Source of the DNA: a virus
Taxonomy: Duplodnaviria > Caudoviricetes
Length of the DNA: 59,258 nt
Direction: 5' to 3' (one strand)
Virus record (IMG/VR): IMGVR_UViG_3300032239_000632
Coordinates: 1-59,258 of that record
Shown: positions 39,262-48,507 of the stretch, one piece after another
How positions within the stretch are numbered: the first letter of the stretch is position 1
Layout: every line of letters starts with the position of its first letter
The notes under the pieces: generated by a model
Databases searched by the model: none
What the model saw: only the letters and a program-made list of their open reading frames with translations
What the model was told of the DNA's origin: nothing
Made by a program: the position numbers and the translations under genes

Positions 39262-40281
39262 ATGCAACCTATAAAATTACGTTGGTTAATTGCTCATACA
39301 CCAGCATATCTTTTTGTTAGAACTGCAGAAGCGTTTGCCGCAGAACTAGAAAAAGAATTGCCTGGGCAGTTTGAGATTGAAATTTTAACCATGAGAGAAT
39401 ATATAGAAAAGTATGGAGATATTCCAGAACTCAAAATGCGGTATGGAACTGTTGATGGAATTGAAAAGTTACCTAATAGTGATTTTTTTACTCCTGTTGA
39501 ATTGAATGATGCAAAGAAGAAATGGACTGCATTTTTTAATGGTATAAAAGATACTAAGATACATTTAAGTCAAACACAAGTGAGCATTGTTGGTTGGCAT
39601 CTTTATAAAAAATTATCAACTTTAGATTTACCATTTTTGTTTAATAGTCACGATCATGTAACAGAAGTATTGGATGGAGAAATTGGTGATAATCTGCGTA
39701 AAGAATTATTTGAAAAAACAAATATTAACGGTTTAGCATTTACCTATTCTGGTGGTTATCGTATTGTTGGTTCAAATCAACCAATTGAAAATCTTGAAGA
39801 GTTAAAGGATGTAAACATTACTACAACCCCAATGACTCAAACATTATTTGGAAAATTTGCTAAAAAAGCAACCAGTAAAATGAATCAAAAACTTGATGAA
39901 ACATCTGAACAAGTCACAAAAGGTGGTGCTATTGAAACTACATATTTACGGTTTGCAGGTAAAAATGTTCTTAAAACTAATCATAGTATGTTCTTGACAA
40001 CAATATTAGTTGGTGGATCATTTTTTAATACATTAACAAAAGAACAACAAGAAGTATTTCAAAAAACTGCAAAAATTGTTGCTAAGTTGGAACGTAAATG
40101 GTCATTAGAAGATGCACAAAAATATGAAGATGAAGCTGTATCTAAAGGAATTACTATTAAAGAAATTACTGTAGAAGAAAGTCAAAAACTAAAAGATGCT
40201 TCTCCAGATCAATATACAACTGCTTATACAATTATTGAAGGCAGTAAAGAATTAGTTAACAAAATTAAAAACAAAGGTTGA
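39262..40281 (+). CDS. TRAP transporter solute-binding (DctP-like) protein
   Basis: LDLPFLFNSHDH...LDGEIG, LAFTYSGGYR, PI..LEELK; no signal peptide. Confidence 0.75.
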   Translation: MQPIKLRWLIAHTPAYLFVRTAEAFAAELEKELPGQFEIEILTMREYIEKYGDIPELKMRYGTVDGIEKLPNSDFFTPVELNDAKKKWTAFFNGIKDTKIHLSQTQVSIVGWHLYKKLSTLDLPFLFNSHDHVTEVLDGEIGDNLRKELFEKTNINGLAFTYSGGYRIVGSNQPIENLEELKDVNITTTPMTQTLFGKFAKKATSKMNQKLDETSEQVTKGGAIETTYLRFAGKNVLKTNHSMFLTTILVGGSFFNTLTKEQQEVFQKTAKIVAKLERKWSLEDAQKYEDEAVSKGITIKEITVEESQKLKDASPDQYTTAYTIIEGSKELVNKIKNKG

Positions 40282-40285
40282 TAAA

Positions 40286-41059
40286 ATGAAAAAAATAATT
40301 TATGCTTTATTATTTGTTTGCGCTAATGTATTAGCAAATCCTATTGACGATAACTGCCCACAATTCGTTTTACGTGGTGCACCAGTGAGTAAATTAACTC
40401 AGAACACTACAAAATACCTATGTAAAAAAAACTATGCTATTCATTACAGAAACGATACCAAAACTGCAGAATATGTTGTTGAACATCTTACATTACCTGC
40501 AGTAACAGGTACAGTTAAACGCCAAGATGATTTTAGACCTGATCCCGATATTCCTAAACAAAATCAATCTTTACTATCAGACTATGCTGGCAACCCATAT
40601 GATAGAGGTCATCTATCACCAGCAGGTAACAATACACAATCAGCAATTGTTATGAGTGAGAGTTTCTTTTTATCTAATATGGTACCACAAGTACCTAATC
40701 ACAATCGTGGTATTTGGAAACAATTAGAAACCTATACTCGTAATTGGGTAATTGAAGGTGGTGATCTGTATGTTGTTACAGGAACATTCTATGCGCCCGA
40801 ACATTTAACTATTGGTGCTAATAAAGTTGGTGTACCTACTCATTTATGGAAAGTAATTGTTGACCGTAAGAATGTTAAATCAATTGCATTTTTCTTTCCT
40901 AATGAAGCATTACCAGTACCAGATTTGCCAAAGTATGCAGTATCAATTGCAGATATTGAAGGTATAACACAAATTGATTTTATGCCTCAGTTACCACCTG
41001 AATTGAAGAGATTAGAAGAAAACAAACCAGACTTAACTAAGTGGAGTGGATTGCACTAA
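40286..41059 (+). CDS. Exported DNA/RNA non-specific endonuclease (NucA/EndoG family)
   Basis: Signal peptide; YDRGHLSPA, ESFFLSNMVPQ...NRGIWKQLE, VPTHLWKV. Confidence 0.93.
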   Translation: MKKIIYALLFVCANVLANPIDDNCPQFVLRGAPVSKLTQNTTKYLCKKNYAIHYRNDTKTAEYVVEHLTLPAVTGTVKRQDDFRPDPDIPKQNQSLLSDYAGNPYDRGHLSPAGNNTQSAIVMSESFFLSNMVPQVPNHNRGIWKQLETYTRNWVIEGGDLYVVTGTFYAPEHLTIGANKVGVPTHLWKVIVDRKNVKSIAFFFPNEALPVPDLPKYAVSIADIEGITQIDFMPQLPPELKRLEENKPDLTKWSGLH

Positions 41060-41379
41060 TGGATGCTGTAGAACTCGTCAACAAATATGGTTTTCCTATT
41101 GTCGCTGCGGGTGGCATGGGATACATGATTTACTTTGTATGGGAATGGGCTACTAAAGAAGTTAAACCTGTTCTCAGTGAAGCAAATGCAACTTTAATCG
41201 GTTTAATTGATAGAATCAGAATGTTAGATAATGATTTAATTAGATTGAATCAAAAGGTTGATGTTGTTCTACATCTCCGTGGTAAAACAATTGAACACGA
41301 ACGGGTATTGGCAGAACAAAAAATTAACGCATTTGTGGATGAAGAGGATAAGAAAACTGCATCAGCCGGTGAAGGTTAG
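41059..41379 (+). CDS. Small membrane protein (paralog B)
   Basis: MDAVELVNKYGFPIVAAGG transmembrane helix plus LIDRIRMLDNDLIRL. Confidence 0.75.
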   Translation: MDAVELVNKYGFPIVAAGGMGYMIYFVWEWATKEVKPVLSEANATLIGLIDRIRMLDNDLIRLNQKVDVVLHLRGKTIEHERVLAEQKINAFVDEEDKKTASAGEG

Positions 41380-41409
41380 GTTTATATAATCTATTCACAA
41401 GATTTAGTA

Positions 41410-41568
41410 TCATTTGTTTTGTTCTTGATCCCGTTTTCTATCTTCAACCTTTCCTATTTGAACTTCATGATGCGTATCTGGTTCAACATATTTGTTCCAA
41501 ACTTTTTGTCCTGTGTTCCAACCAAATACAGTAATAAATCCAGCTGCAAGATACGTTAATATAACCAT
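41410..41568 (-). CDS. Small membrane protein (52 aa)
   Basis: Hand translation MVILTYLAAGFITVFGWNTGQKVW...; SD AAGGA. Confidence 0.55.
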   Translation of the reverse strand: MVILTYLAAGFITVFGWNTGQKVWNKYVEPDTHHEVQIGKVEDRKRDQEQNK

Positions 41569-41578
41569 GAATATTCCT

Positions 41579-43585
41579 TTATTTTGATGTTGCTTTATAA
41601 GTTCCTGCCCAATCGGCTGGTTTACCTTCTTCTAATCTATCTATCATCAATTTATAATATTCACACATTTCTTTATTCATGATCATCTGTGTTCTTGCAG
41701 TTACTAATGCTTCATCCCAGTTACCTTCATAGTACCAATACAGAAACGCATTTTGTCCTTCTGCTTGCTTTGACAAGGTATATATCTTAACACCTTCTTT
41801 TTTACCTTTAACTGCAATACAATCTAATTCAAATACATCATATTCATCCTGAACTAATCTGGCGGTTTCTGGACCCAATATAATACGTACCCCATAATTT
41901 TTTGACTGGCCTTCAAGGCGGCTTGCAAGATTAACTCCATCACCAAGACAAGTATAATCAAAACGCTGAGAGGAACCCATATTGCCGACAACAACAATAT
42001 CACTATTAATACCCAACCCCATACCAAACGCTGGTATACCTTCTTTAGTAACTTCTTCATTAAATCCATCTAAACTCTCCATCATCTCTAGTGCGGTTTT
42101 AACTGCCATTTTTGCATGATTTGGTTCATCTAGTGGTGCATTCCAAAATGCCATCTGTGCATCACCGATATACTTATCTAGTGTTCCATTGTTTTCTAAA
42201 ATCTTTGCTGTCATTGCAGTCATGTAACGATTCATAATTTTAGTAAGACCTTGAACATCTTTACCATAATGTTCACTGATACTTGTAAATCCCCTTACAT
42301 CGGTAAACATAATTGATAATTGTCTTGATTCACCACCTAATGTTAATAACTCAGGATTCTTTTGTAATTTTTCAACAAGTGCAGGTGATAGATATGTACC
42401 AAACTGTTTCTTGATTTGCATCTTTTGTAAAAATTCAGATACAAACTTTACGGCATAACAATGTAGACTAACCAAAACAAAACATACAACCAAAGCAGTT
42501 GAGTCCAGTAGGGACAAAAACGTATCATAATAAACAAAACTACCACCAACACTGCCAGCAATAACCAATGCTGCAAATCCGATCCCCACATATGTCCACC
42601 TTGATAAAAGAATAATTAATAAACTACCAAAAATCATTAATAATATTTCAGCGCCATCTGCCCAATCAGGTCTTTGAATATTAGTTTGGCTAGTTAAAGT
42701 ATCTAAAACTGCCGCTTGAAGATAATGAGGGTAGACTGCGCCGATAGAAGTAGCGACCGGGTTATTAAACCCTTTCGCTGTGAGACCAACAATGACGATT
42801 CCGCTATCGAAGGACTTAGGTAATTTAGTAAGGGAATGTTCTTTAGGTCTTGATTTCCAATCAACCCAAATTCTACCGAACTCATCTGTTGTGATTTTTC
42901 CAAATTTAGGAATTCTAACTGCTTCAATTCCTGTCTCTGTAACTTTAACTTGAAAACTTGGATCTCCTGAGGCAACTCGCAATGTTTCAAGACTGATACT
43001 TGGATACAATTTTTCTTCAAATCTGACGACCATTGGTATTCTTCGGGTGACGCCATCAATTTCGGGAAGTGTATTAACAACACCAATGCCAGCAGCACTT
43101 TCATTTATTATCCTCGTGTTAGGTTGAATACTATTATATTCAATACCTACTGTACCAGAACCAATAACTGATACACCAGGTCTGAATGGATCATAATTTA
43201 CTTTAATTTGATCATCACTTCCTGTATGAGGAAGAATTACTGGATATTTTTTTAATGTTTGTGCTAATTGAGCGTCCTGACCAAAGCGATCACGCTCAGG
43301 CATAAAGATGTTAAAGACAACCAAGCCAGCGTTGCGAGAATACAGATCAGAAATGATTTCTGAATATTTGTTTCTTGGGAATGGGAATTGACCTTCTTTT
43401 TGAATAAACTCATCGTCTATGTTTACTACATGTATCTGTTTGGATACAGTAGTCTCCTTATTAGTTATTAACGTATCAAAATAACGAAGTCTTACCGATT
43501 CAACAAATGAGGGATTAACGATTCTAATGCATACTAATAATATTAATGTTAGTATTGCAGTCCACGGAGATAATAATTTTTTCAT
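41579..43585 (-). CDS. CHASE2-domain class III adenylate/guanylate cyclase
   Basis: TM-CHASE2 (FPFPR, DGVTRRIP)-3TM-cyclase with FTDVRGFT, DKYIGDA, RFDYT.LGD.VNLASRLEG. Confidence 0.95.
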   Translation of the reverse strand: MKKLLSPWTAILTLILLVCIRIVNPSFVESVRLRYFDTLITNKETTVSKQIHVVNIDDEFIQKEGQFPFPRNKYSEIISDLYSRNAGLVVFNIFMPERDRFGQDAQLAQTLKKYPVILPHTGSDDQIKVNYDPFRPGVSVIGSGTVGIEYNSIQPNTRIINESAAGIGVVNTLPEIDGVTRRIPMVVRFEEKLYPSISLETLRVASGDPSFQVKVTETGIEAVRIPKFGKITTDEFGRIWVDWKSRPKEHSLTKLPKSFDSGIVIVGLTAKGFNNPVATSIGAVYPHYLQAAVLDTLTSQTNIQRPDWADGAEILLMIFGSLLIILLSRWTYVGIGFAALVIAGSVGGSFVYYDTFLSLLDSTALVVCFVLVSLHCYAVKFVSEFLQKMQIKKQFGTYLSPALVEKLQKNPELLTLGGESRQLSIMFTDVRGFTSISEHYGKDVQGLTKIMNRYMTAMTAKILENNGTLDKYIGDAQMAFWNAPLDEPNHAKMAVKTALEMMESLDGFNEEVTKEGIPAFGMGLGINSDIVVVGNMGSSQRFDYTCLGDGVNLASRLEGQSKNYGVRIILGPETARLVQDEYDVFELDCIAVKGKKEGVKIYTLSKQAEGQNAFLYWYYEGNWDEALVTARTQMIMNKEMCEYYKLMIDRLEEGKPADWAGTYKATSK

Positions 43586-44667
43586 CTTTGTATAATAGTA
43601 ATTGTTGTTGTTCCTCCACTATTAATTCTTTGATACAATGGAGCACCACTTTGTGTAATATTTAGTATTAAATTTGCTTCTTTTCCTACGATCACTTGTG
43701 CAAAATGAACACCACCTTTTGTTAATACCAATCTATCATATTCATCAATAGCATATATTAAACCAGATGCCGGATCATATCCAGGTAACATTGATAACTC
43801 TGCAGTCAATACATCTTGACTGGCAAACAATGCCGCATTAACTTGGTCTAATACATTTGGTAATAAATCAAAATCTAAAAAATTAATATCTAAAGCATTA
43901 TATCTTAATACATCTTGATCTAATACAGATGTCTTTAATAAATCTTTATTCAAAAAATTTACATCAAGTGCGTTTCTATTTTCTGGACCTTTTTGTTCAT
44001 TTTGTTCTTTCTGAATCTCTCTTGGTGGATCAATAATTAACATATTATTAATATTCATTTGGTCTATATTAACAATAACCGGTCTTGTTGGTGGTGTAGT
44101 TAATGATGTTACTAATGTTGCTTGATATGCAACATCCATGTGAACTGTACCTGAATCATTTGTAACTGATATTGCACCAGTAACACATGCATTTGCATCA
44201 CATGACGGCAGCAACATAACCATACTTCTACCTAATTCATCTACTGTCATTGAAAAATCTGTACCTCTTACTGCTATTGTTGCAGTTGGTGTTTGTATGT
44301 TTACACTTTGAGGATTACTTTTTGCTATTTGACCACTAGCATATCTAGCAGTACCTAATGCTACTTTCATTGCTAATTTGCCTGTTCCCTTTGCAGGGTC
44401 GTAGACAAAATCATCAATGATTAATTTTGATTGTTCTGTAATTCTTACTGTTGTGGCATCTTCAAATGTCAATTGTGCTTTAGACTTAGCAGTTGATATA
44501 GTATCATTCATTTCAATACCAGTATTTACCGCACTGGATATTGATTTTTTATTTCTAATAATTTCAGTGGGACCGGTTTGTTCAGTTACTTTACCGACAC
44601 CACCGAAACTAATTAGACTGGTGAATACTAATACTGTTGCTATTACCAGTTGAATTAACTGTGACAC
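43582..44667 (-). CDS. FecR-domain periplasmic protein
   Basis: LTFEDAT.VRITEQS.LIIDDFVYDP, TPTATIAVRGTDF; likely GTG start near 44667 with signal peptide. Confidence 0.85.
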   Translation of the reverse strand: MSQLIQLVIATVLVFTSLISFGGVGKVTEQTGPTEIIRNKKSISSAVNTGIEMNDTISTAKSKAQLTFEDATTVRITEQSKLIIDDFVYDPAKGTGKLAMKVALGTARYASGQIAKSNPQSVNIQTPTATIAVRGTDFSMTVDELGRSMVMLLPSCDANACVTGAISVTNDSGTVHMDVAYQATLVTSLTTPPTRPVIVNIDQMNINNMLIIDPPREIQKEQNEQKGPENRNALDVNFLNKDLLKTSVLDQDVLRYNALDINFLDFDLLPNVLDQVNAALFASQDVLTAELSMLPGYDPASGLIYAIDEYDRLVLTKGGVHFAQVIVGKEANLILNITQSGAPLYQRINSGGTTTITIIQR

Positions 44668-45205
44668 TTTTTGCCGTTGTTCCACTTTGTGTAACTCCAA
44701 TTGTATTTGTGTTTCCGGTTGCAGTAATATAAGCATTTGCTGTGCCAGTATTTGTTGATGTATGCGTAATAGTATTAGTATCACCAACAACTGTAATTTC
44801 ACTTATATGTGATCCTCCAGAACCCAAATTTGTTGTTACTGTGTTATCATCACCAGTAATAATTTGCTTTATTGTTGATCCAGAACATGTAGCTGTTGAA
44901 GATGTTCCACATGTGATAGATTGTAAATTGTTATTGCCATGTGTGGTAACAGTCGTATTCGTTGCGGCACCATTTACAATCATTGCTAATGTATTGTTAT
45001 CACCAATTTGTTCTATTGTAACTGTATTAGAACCACCACCTATGTAGGCGGAAACTAGTGAATCTCCAATAGCATTTCCAACACCATCTTGTGTAATGGT
45101 AACCGTAGAACTGTCGCCCACTTGTTCAACATACAATTCATTAGCAAATACATTATTAGCAAATAACAACAAAGCCATAATGATATAGCCTGTTATTTTT
45201 TTCAT
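44609..45205 (-). CDS. Curlin-repeat (CsgA/CsgB-like) secreted protein
   Basis: Signal peptide; repeats EQVGDSS, TQDGVGN, EQIGDNN, TGDDN, VGDTN, TGNSN. Confidence 0.75.
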   Translation of the reverse strand: MKKITGYIIMALLLFANNVFANELYVEQVGDSSTVTITQDGVGNAIGDSLVSAYIGGGSNTVTIEQIGDNNTLAMIVNGAATNTTVTTHGNNNLQSITCGTSSTATCSGSTIKQIITGDDNTVTTNLGSGGSHISEITVVGDTNTITHTSTNTGTANAYITATGNTNTIGVTQSGTTAKSVTVNSTGNSNSISIHQSN

Positions 45206-45987
45206 TTCTGTTCTTCCTTTTGTTTGAACTTCCATATACCTTTTTGTTCACCATCTATAATCATTTGAAACACAGCATGTTCTATTGCTACACGAACAGC
45301 GTATGTCGTTGGTTCATTTAATGCGTTTCCATTCTCTAATTCTAAAGCATGAGTACCTGCATCAATAAACTTCATCACACCTACATTATGTGCAGTGCTA
45401 TAAATCGTCTTAGATACAGAATTAGTCAACATTACTTCTCCACTGGTTACACTAATTAACCGTATAGAAATAACAACTTCATCAACTCTGTATTGCTGAC
45501 TTGCACCAATTCCTAAAAATCTTGCACCATTACCACCAGAACGAATATTACTATCATATCCAATAATACCACCTTCAATCATTACACCTGCAACTGTCAA
45601 TGGTTTTAATGGCTTTGCTTCTTTACCTTCATATACTTCTCTTTGATTCCTAATCAATTGCCGTTCTTTAACAAGATTCTCTAATCCAACTCTTTCAACA
45701 ACTTTGAACCAATTCTTTGAATCTTGTAATGCTTTAATTAAAAATACTTCTGCGCCTTGTGTTACTGCTTTACTAAACAGAGCCATCTTATCACTAGATT
45801 TGTTTTGTCCTGTTCTATCTAAAAAACCATATACAGCAATTGCAAGCGGGGGTCCATCTAAATCTGGCATTTTATCCAATAAAGATTCTTTAACGGTCAA
45901 CTTGACCGGTTCTTCTTGCATATATTCCATTTGTTTAGATGCACACCCCGACAACATAATAACTAACAAAATAACATAATATTTCAT
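45202..45987 (-). CDS. csgG: Curli secretion channel lipoprotein CsgG
   Basis: Lipobox LSGC; AVYGFLDRTGQ, AVTQGA, WFKVVER.GLENLVKERQLIR, GGIIGYDSN, NEP. Confidence 0.93.
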   Translation of the reverse strand: MKYYVILLVIMLSGCASKQMEYMQEEPVKLTVKESLLDKMPDLDGPPLAIAVYGFLDRTGQNKSSDKMALFSKAVTQGAEVFLIKALQDSKNWFKVVERVGLENLVKERQLIRNQREVYEGKEAKPLKPLTVAGVMIEGGIIGYDSNIRSGGNGARFLGIGASQQYRVDEVVISIRLISVTSGEVMLTNSVSKTIYSTAHNVGVMKFIDAGTHALELENGNALNEPTTYAVRVAIEHAVFQMIIDGEQKGIWKFKQKEEQK

Positions 45988-45988
45988 A

Positions 45989-48034
45989 TTAGAAGAATAT
46001 TCTTAATTTGAATATCATAGAATCAGTTTTGTTACCTTCTTTTTGTTGTTGTGATATTTGTATACCTGCATTACTATTTTTCTGCAATTCATAAAATGCA
46101 CCAACCGAGGCAGTTAAATAACCATCTGTTGTTGAACTTAACTGACCAGTAACACTAATCTTGTTATCAAACTTCTTACGGATCATTGCACCAAACTCAG
46201 CATAATCAAAACTTCTTGAATTACTATCTACTGATCTGGCACTTTGAATACTACCTTGTTCAGTGTAACTATTTACTTTTGTTGTACCAAATGTATAACC
46301 AGCAAATAGTCTAATCATTTGTGAAAGCTCTGGACTATAAACTTTATTTGATAACCAACTATCTGTTCCTTTTGTTGAATAGTAATTTCTAAATAGTCCT
46401 TCAATATTTCTTACTGAACCAATATCATTACTTGCACTACCAATATTAGTTGATAAAATCAAATCTTTAGGCAATTTGTAAACACTATACAATCCAAAAT
46501 GTTGCTTTTCTTGTTTTGTAAGACTATCTACACCTGGCATTCTTGTTGATACTGTTCCATATTGAGCGCCAATCTTAAAATCAGAATTTATATCTTTATC
46601 AAAAGCAATTGCGGCAATATCACTCTTAGAACTATAACCATCTGCCATTGAAGTTTTCATATTGCCTATTGTAGTGTAAAATGTTCCATTGTCTGTCTTG
46701 TAACCATCTTGACGAAACGGATCCATATCTAAACTACGATTGATACCTTTGTTGAGATCAGACAATTGAGCTTGTTGATCAATACGTCCAGAGAAACTAT
46801 CATTGGCAACTGAAGTGTCTACATTATTAACTAATGATGATGCAGCACTTGTAGCACTGTCAGCTGTTGTTACAGAACCATCACTCCATGTTGTTGTGGT
46901 GCGAACTAATGTGGTAATTGTTCGTGTGAATGGAGTTGTAACATTAGTGGTTGTTTCTCTTGCGATAATTTGCTTTGTTGCATTTTCACTTGCAACATGA
47001 TGTGCAGTGCTGGCAGTGATTACAGGCAATGCAGTATTAACAACTGTATTATCTGAAACTGTAACTGTAGCAGTGCTTGTGCTAACTACTGTAGGTGCGG
47101 CAGGTTTTGTAGGAGTAACTCCAACCATATCGCAACTTGATGTGCAACCAGGAACAACACCAGGAGTACCACCACCAGCACCCGAATTTACAGCAGTAGC
47201 ACCAGCAGTTAATGTTGATGGACCAAAAATATATGCATATTGAAATTTAACAATATCACCAACTGCGACTGATGGAACAAGAAAACCTAAACCAATTGTA
47301 TAGTCACCAGTGCCATTATTGACACCATTGTAATATTGAATTGGATCGGTTGTCCATCCACTGCTAATACCTGCACCAACATTAGATGCAGCAGAATATA
47401 AACCTAATGCATACTTTGATGATAGTGCTTCAGAGAATACAACTTGCTTTACACCAATAGGACTAAACCCTAAAGTATTGGTTGTTGCAGAACTATCACC
47501 TGCGGCAGCTCTAGCATCTGGATCAGTAAAACGACCAAAGTAAAGATTAGTCATTGCTACCGATGATGTTAATGTTGTAGTGATATCAACAAATTTTTGA
47601 TTGTTATTAAAACGAACATCGTTGATTAAACTGTAACCATTACCGTTACCAGTCCAAACTGCACGATTATCAAATGTAGAACCTGAATAAGCAATTCCAC
47701 TATAGTTAGTTAAAATACCACCAGTGATAGAAGTAGCACCAGTGTTATTATTTGTTTGTGTTATAACTGTACCCGCACCATTCGTATACTTAACAGTGAA
47801 CCCCTCAAACGGAGTTCCTGGAGTTAAATAATCGTATGCTGTATTAAATGTTCTTGTACCGGTATTATCATAGAGAATACCAGGACTTACAGTTCCTTTA
47901 CTACCTATTGTACCATAATCACTCACGCCAATTTTAATATAGTCGCCTGTGAGTGCAAAAATCGAACCAGTTGTTTGTGCATATAAACATGACGAAAAAC
48001 ATAACAGTAAACTTGTTATAATTTTTCTAAACAT
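45989..48034 (-). CDS. Autotransporter-like outer-membrane protein (passenger, Thr-rich stalk, beta-barrel)
   Basis: Signal peptide, beta-rich N-terminal domain, T/S/P linker, C-terminal amphipathic strands ending FKLRIFF. Confidence 0.65.
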   Translation of the reverse strand: MFRKIITSLLLCFSSCLYAQTTGSIFALTGDYIKIGVSDYGTIGSKGTVSPGILYDNTGTRTFNTAYDYLTPGTPFEGFTVKYTNGAGTVITQTNNNTGATSITGGILTNYSGIAYSGSTFDNRAVWTGNGNGYSLINDVRFNNNQKFVDITTTLTSSVAMTNLYFGRFTDPDARAAAGDSSATTNTLGFSPIGVKQVVFSEALSSKYALGLYSAASNVGAGISSGWTTDPIQYYNGVNNGTGDYTIGLGFLVPSVAVGDIVKFQYAYIFGPSTLTAGATAVNSGAGGGTPGVVPGCTSSCDMVGVTPTKPAAPTVVSTSTATVTVSDNTVVNTALPVITASTAHHVASENATKQIIARETTTNVTTPFTRTITTLVRTTTTWSDGSVTTADSATSAASSLVNNVDTSVANDSFSGRIDQQAQLSDLNKGINRSLDMDPFRQDGYKTDNGTFYTTIGNMKTSMADGYSSKSDIAAIAFDKDINSDFKIGAQYGTVSTRMPGVDSLTKQEKQHFGLYSVYKLPKDLILSTNIGSASNDIGSVRNIEGLFRNYYSTKGTDSWLSNKVYSPELSQMIRLFAGYTFGTTKVNSYTEQGSIQSARSVDSNSRSFDYAEFGAMIRKKFDNKISVTGQLSSTTDGYLTASVGAFYELQKNSNAGIQISQQQKEGNKTDSMIFKLRIFF

Positions 48035-48044
48035 TTTTTTCCTT

Positions 48045-48503
48045 TTAAAAACCAAATGTGCCAATAGGTACAGTTATATCTGTTCTATTGCCATTTGTTT
48101 CAGTTATTGTTAATGTTACATCTGTGCTTGATTTAACCCATGATATATTGGTACCCTGAAAATCCATTGTACCAGATGTTGCACCATTATCGGTAAACAT
48201 AGAATCTGCTAATTGTTTTGATAATTGTGCATAAATTCGTGATTCAACATTAACCAAAAATTTAGCCAAGTTAGTGCTAGCCGCAGCACGAGTAGCCGCA
48301 TCGGCGGCGGCTTTGGCATCATCTTTTAATTTCTGTTTGCGTTGTTGTTCAATCTGCTCAATAGTCAGGACATGCGAAGAATATCCTGAACCCGAAAAGG
48401 CAGGACTATTGAATTGTTGAATCAACTCACCGGCACTTGCAGTAAAAACCGCAAAGAATGTATAATAACAAATAACACAAATTACTTTGGTTATTGTTCT
48501 CAT
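48045..48503 (-). CDS. csgF: Curli assembly protein CsgF
   Basis: Signal peptide then ELIQQFNSPAFSG, similar to the CsgF F.NP.FGG motif; VESRIYAQLSKQL; T.ITVP. Confidence 0.82.
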   Translation of the reverse strand: MRTITKVICVICYYTFFAVFTASAGELIQQFNSPAFSGSGYSSHVLTIEQIEQQRKQKLKDDAKAAADAATRAAASTNLAKFLVNVESRIYAQLSKQLADSMFTDNGATSGTMDFQGTNISWVKSSTDVTLTITETNGNRTDITVPIGTFGF

Positions 48504-48507
48504 GGAA

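Noticed and set aside
42703-43104. Alternative-frame ORFs inside the cyclase and other long genes
   Set aside because: No SD or recognisable motifs; expected by chance in alternate frames
44668-44802. Extended N-terminus of the FecR ORF in the ORF track
   Set aside because: Overlaps the curlin gene out of frame; the signal-peptide-like segment begins only near 44667
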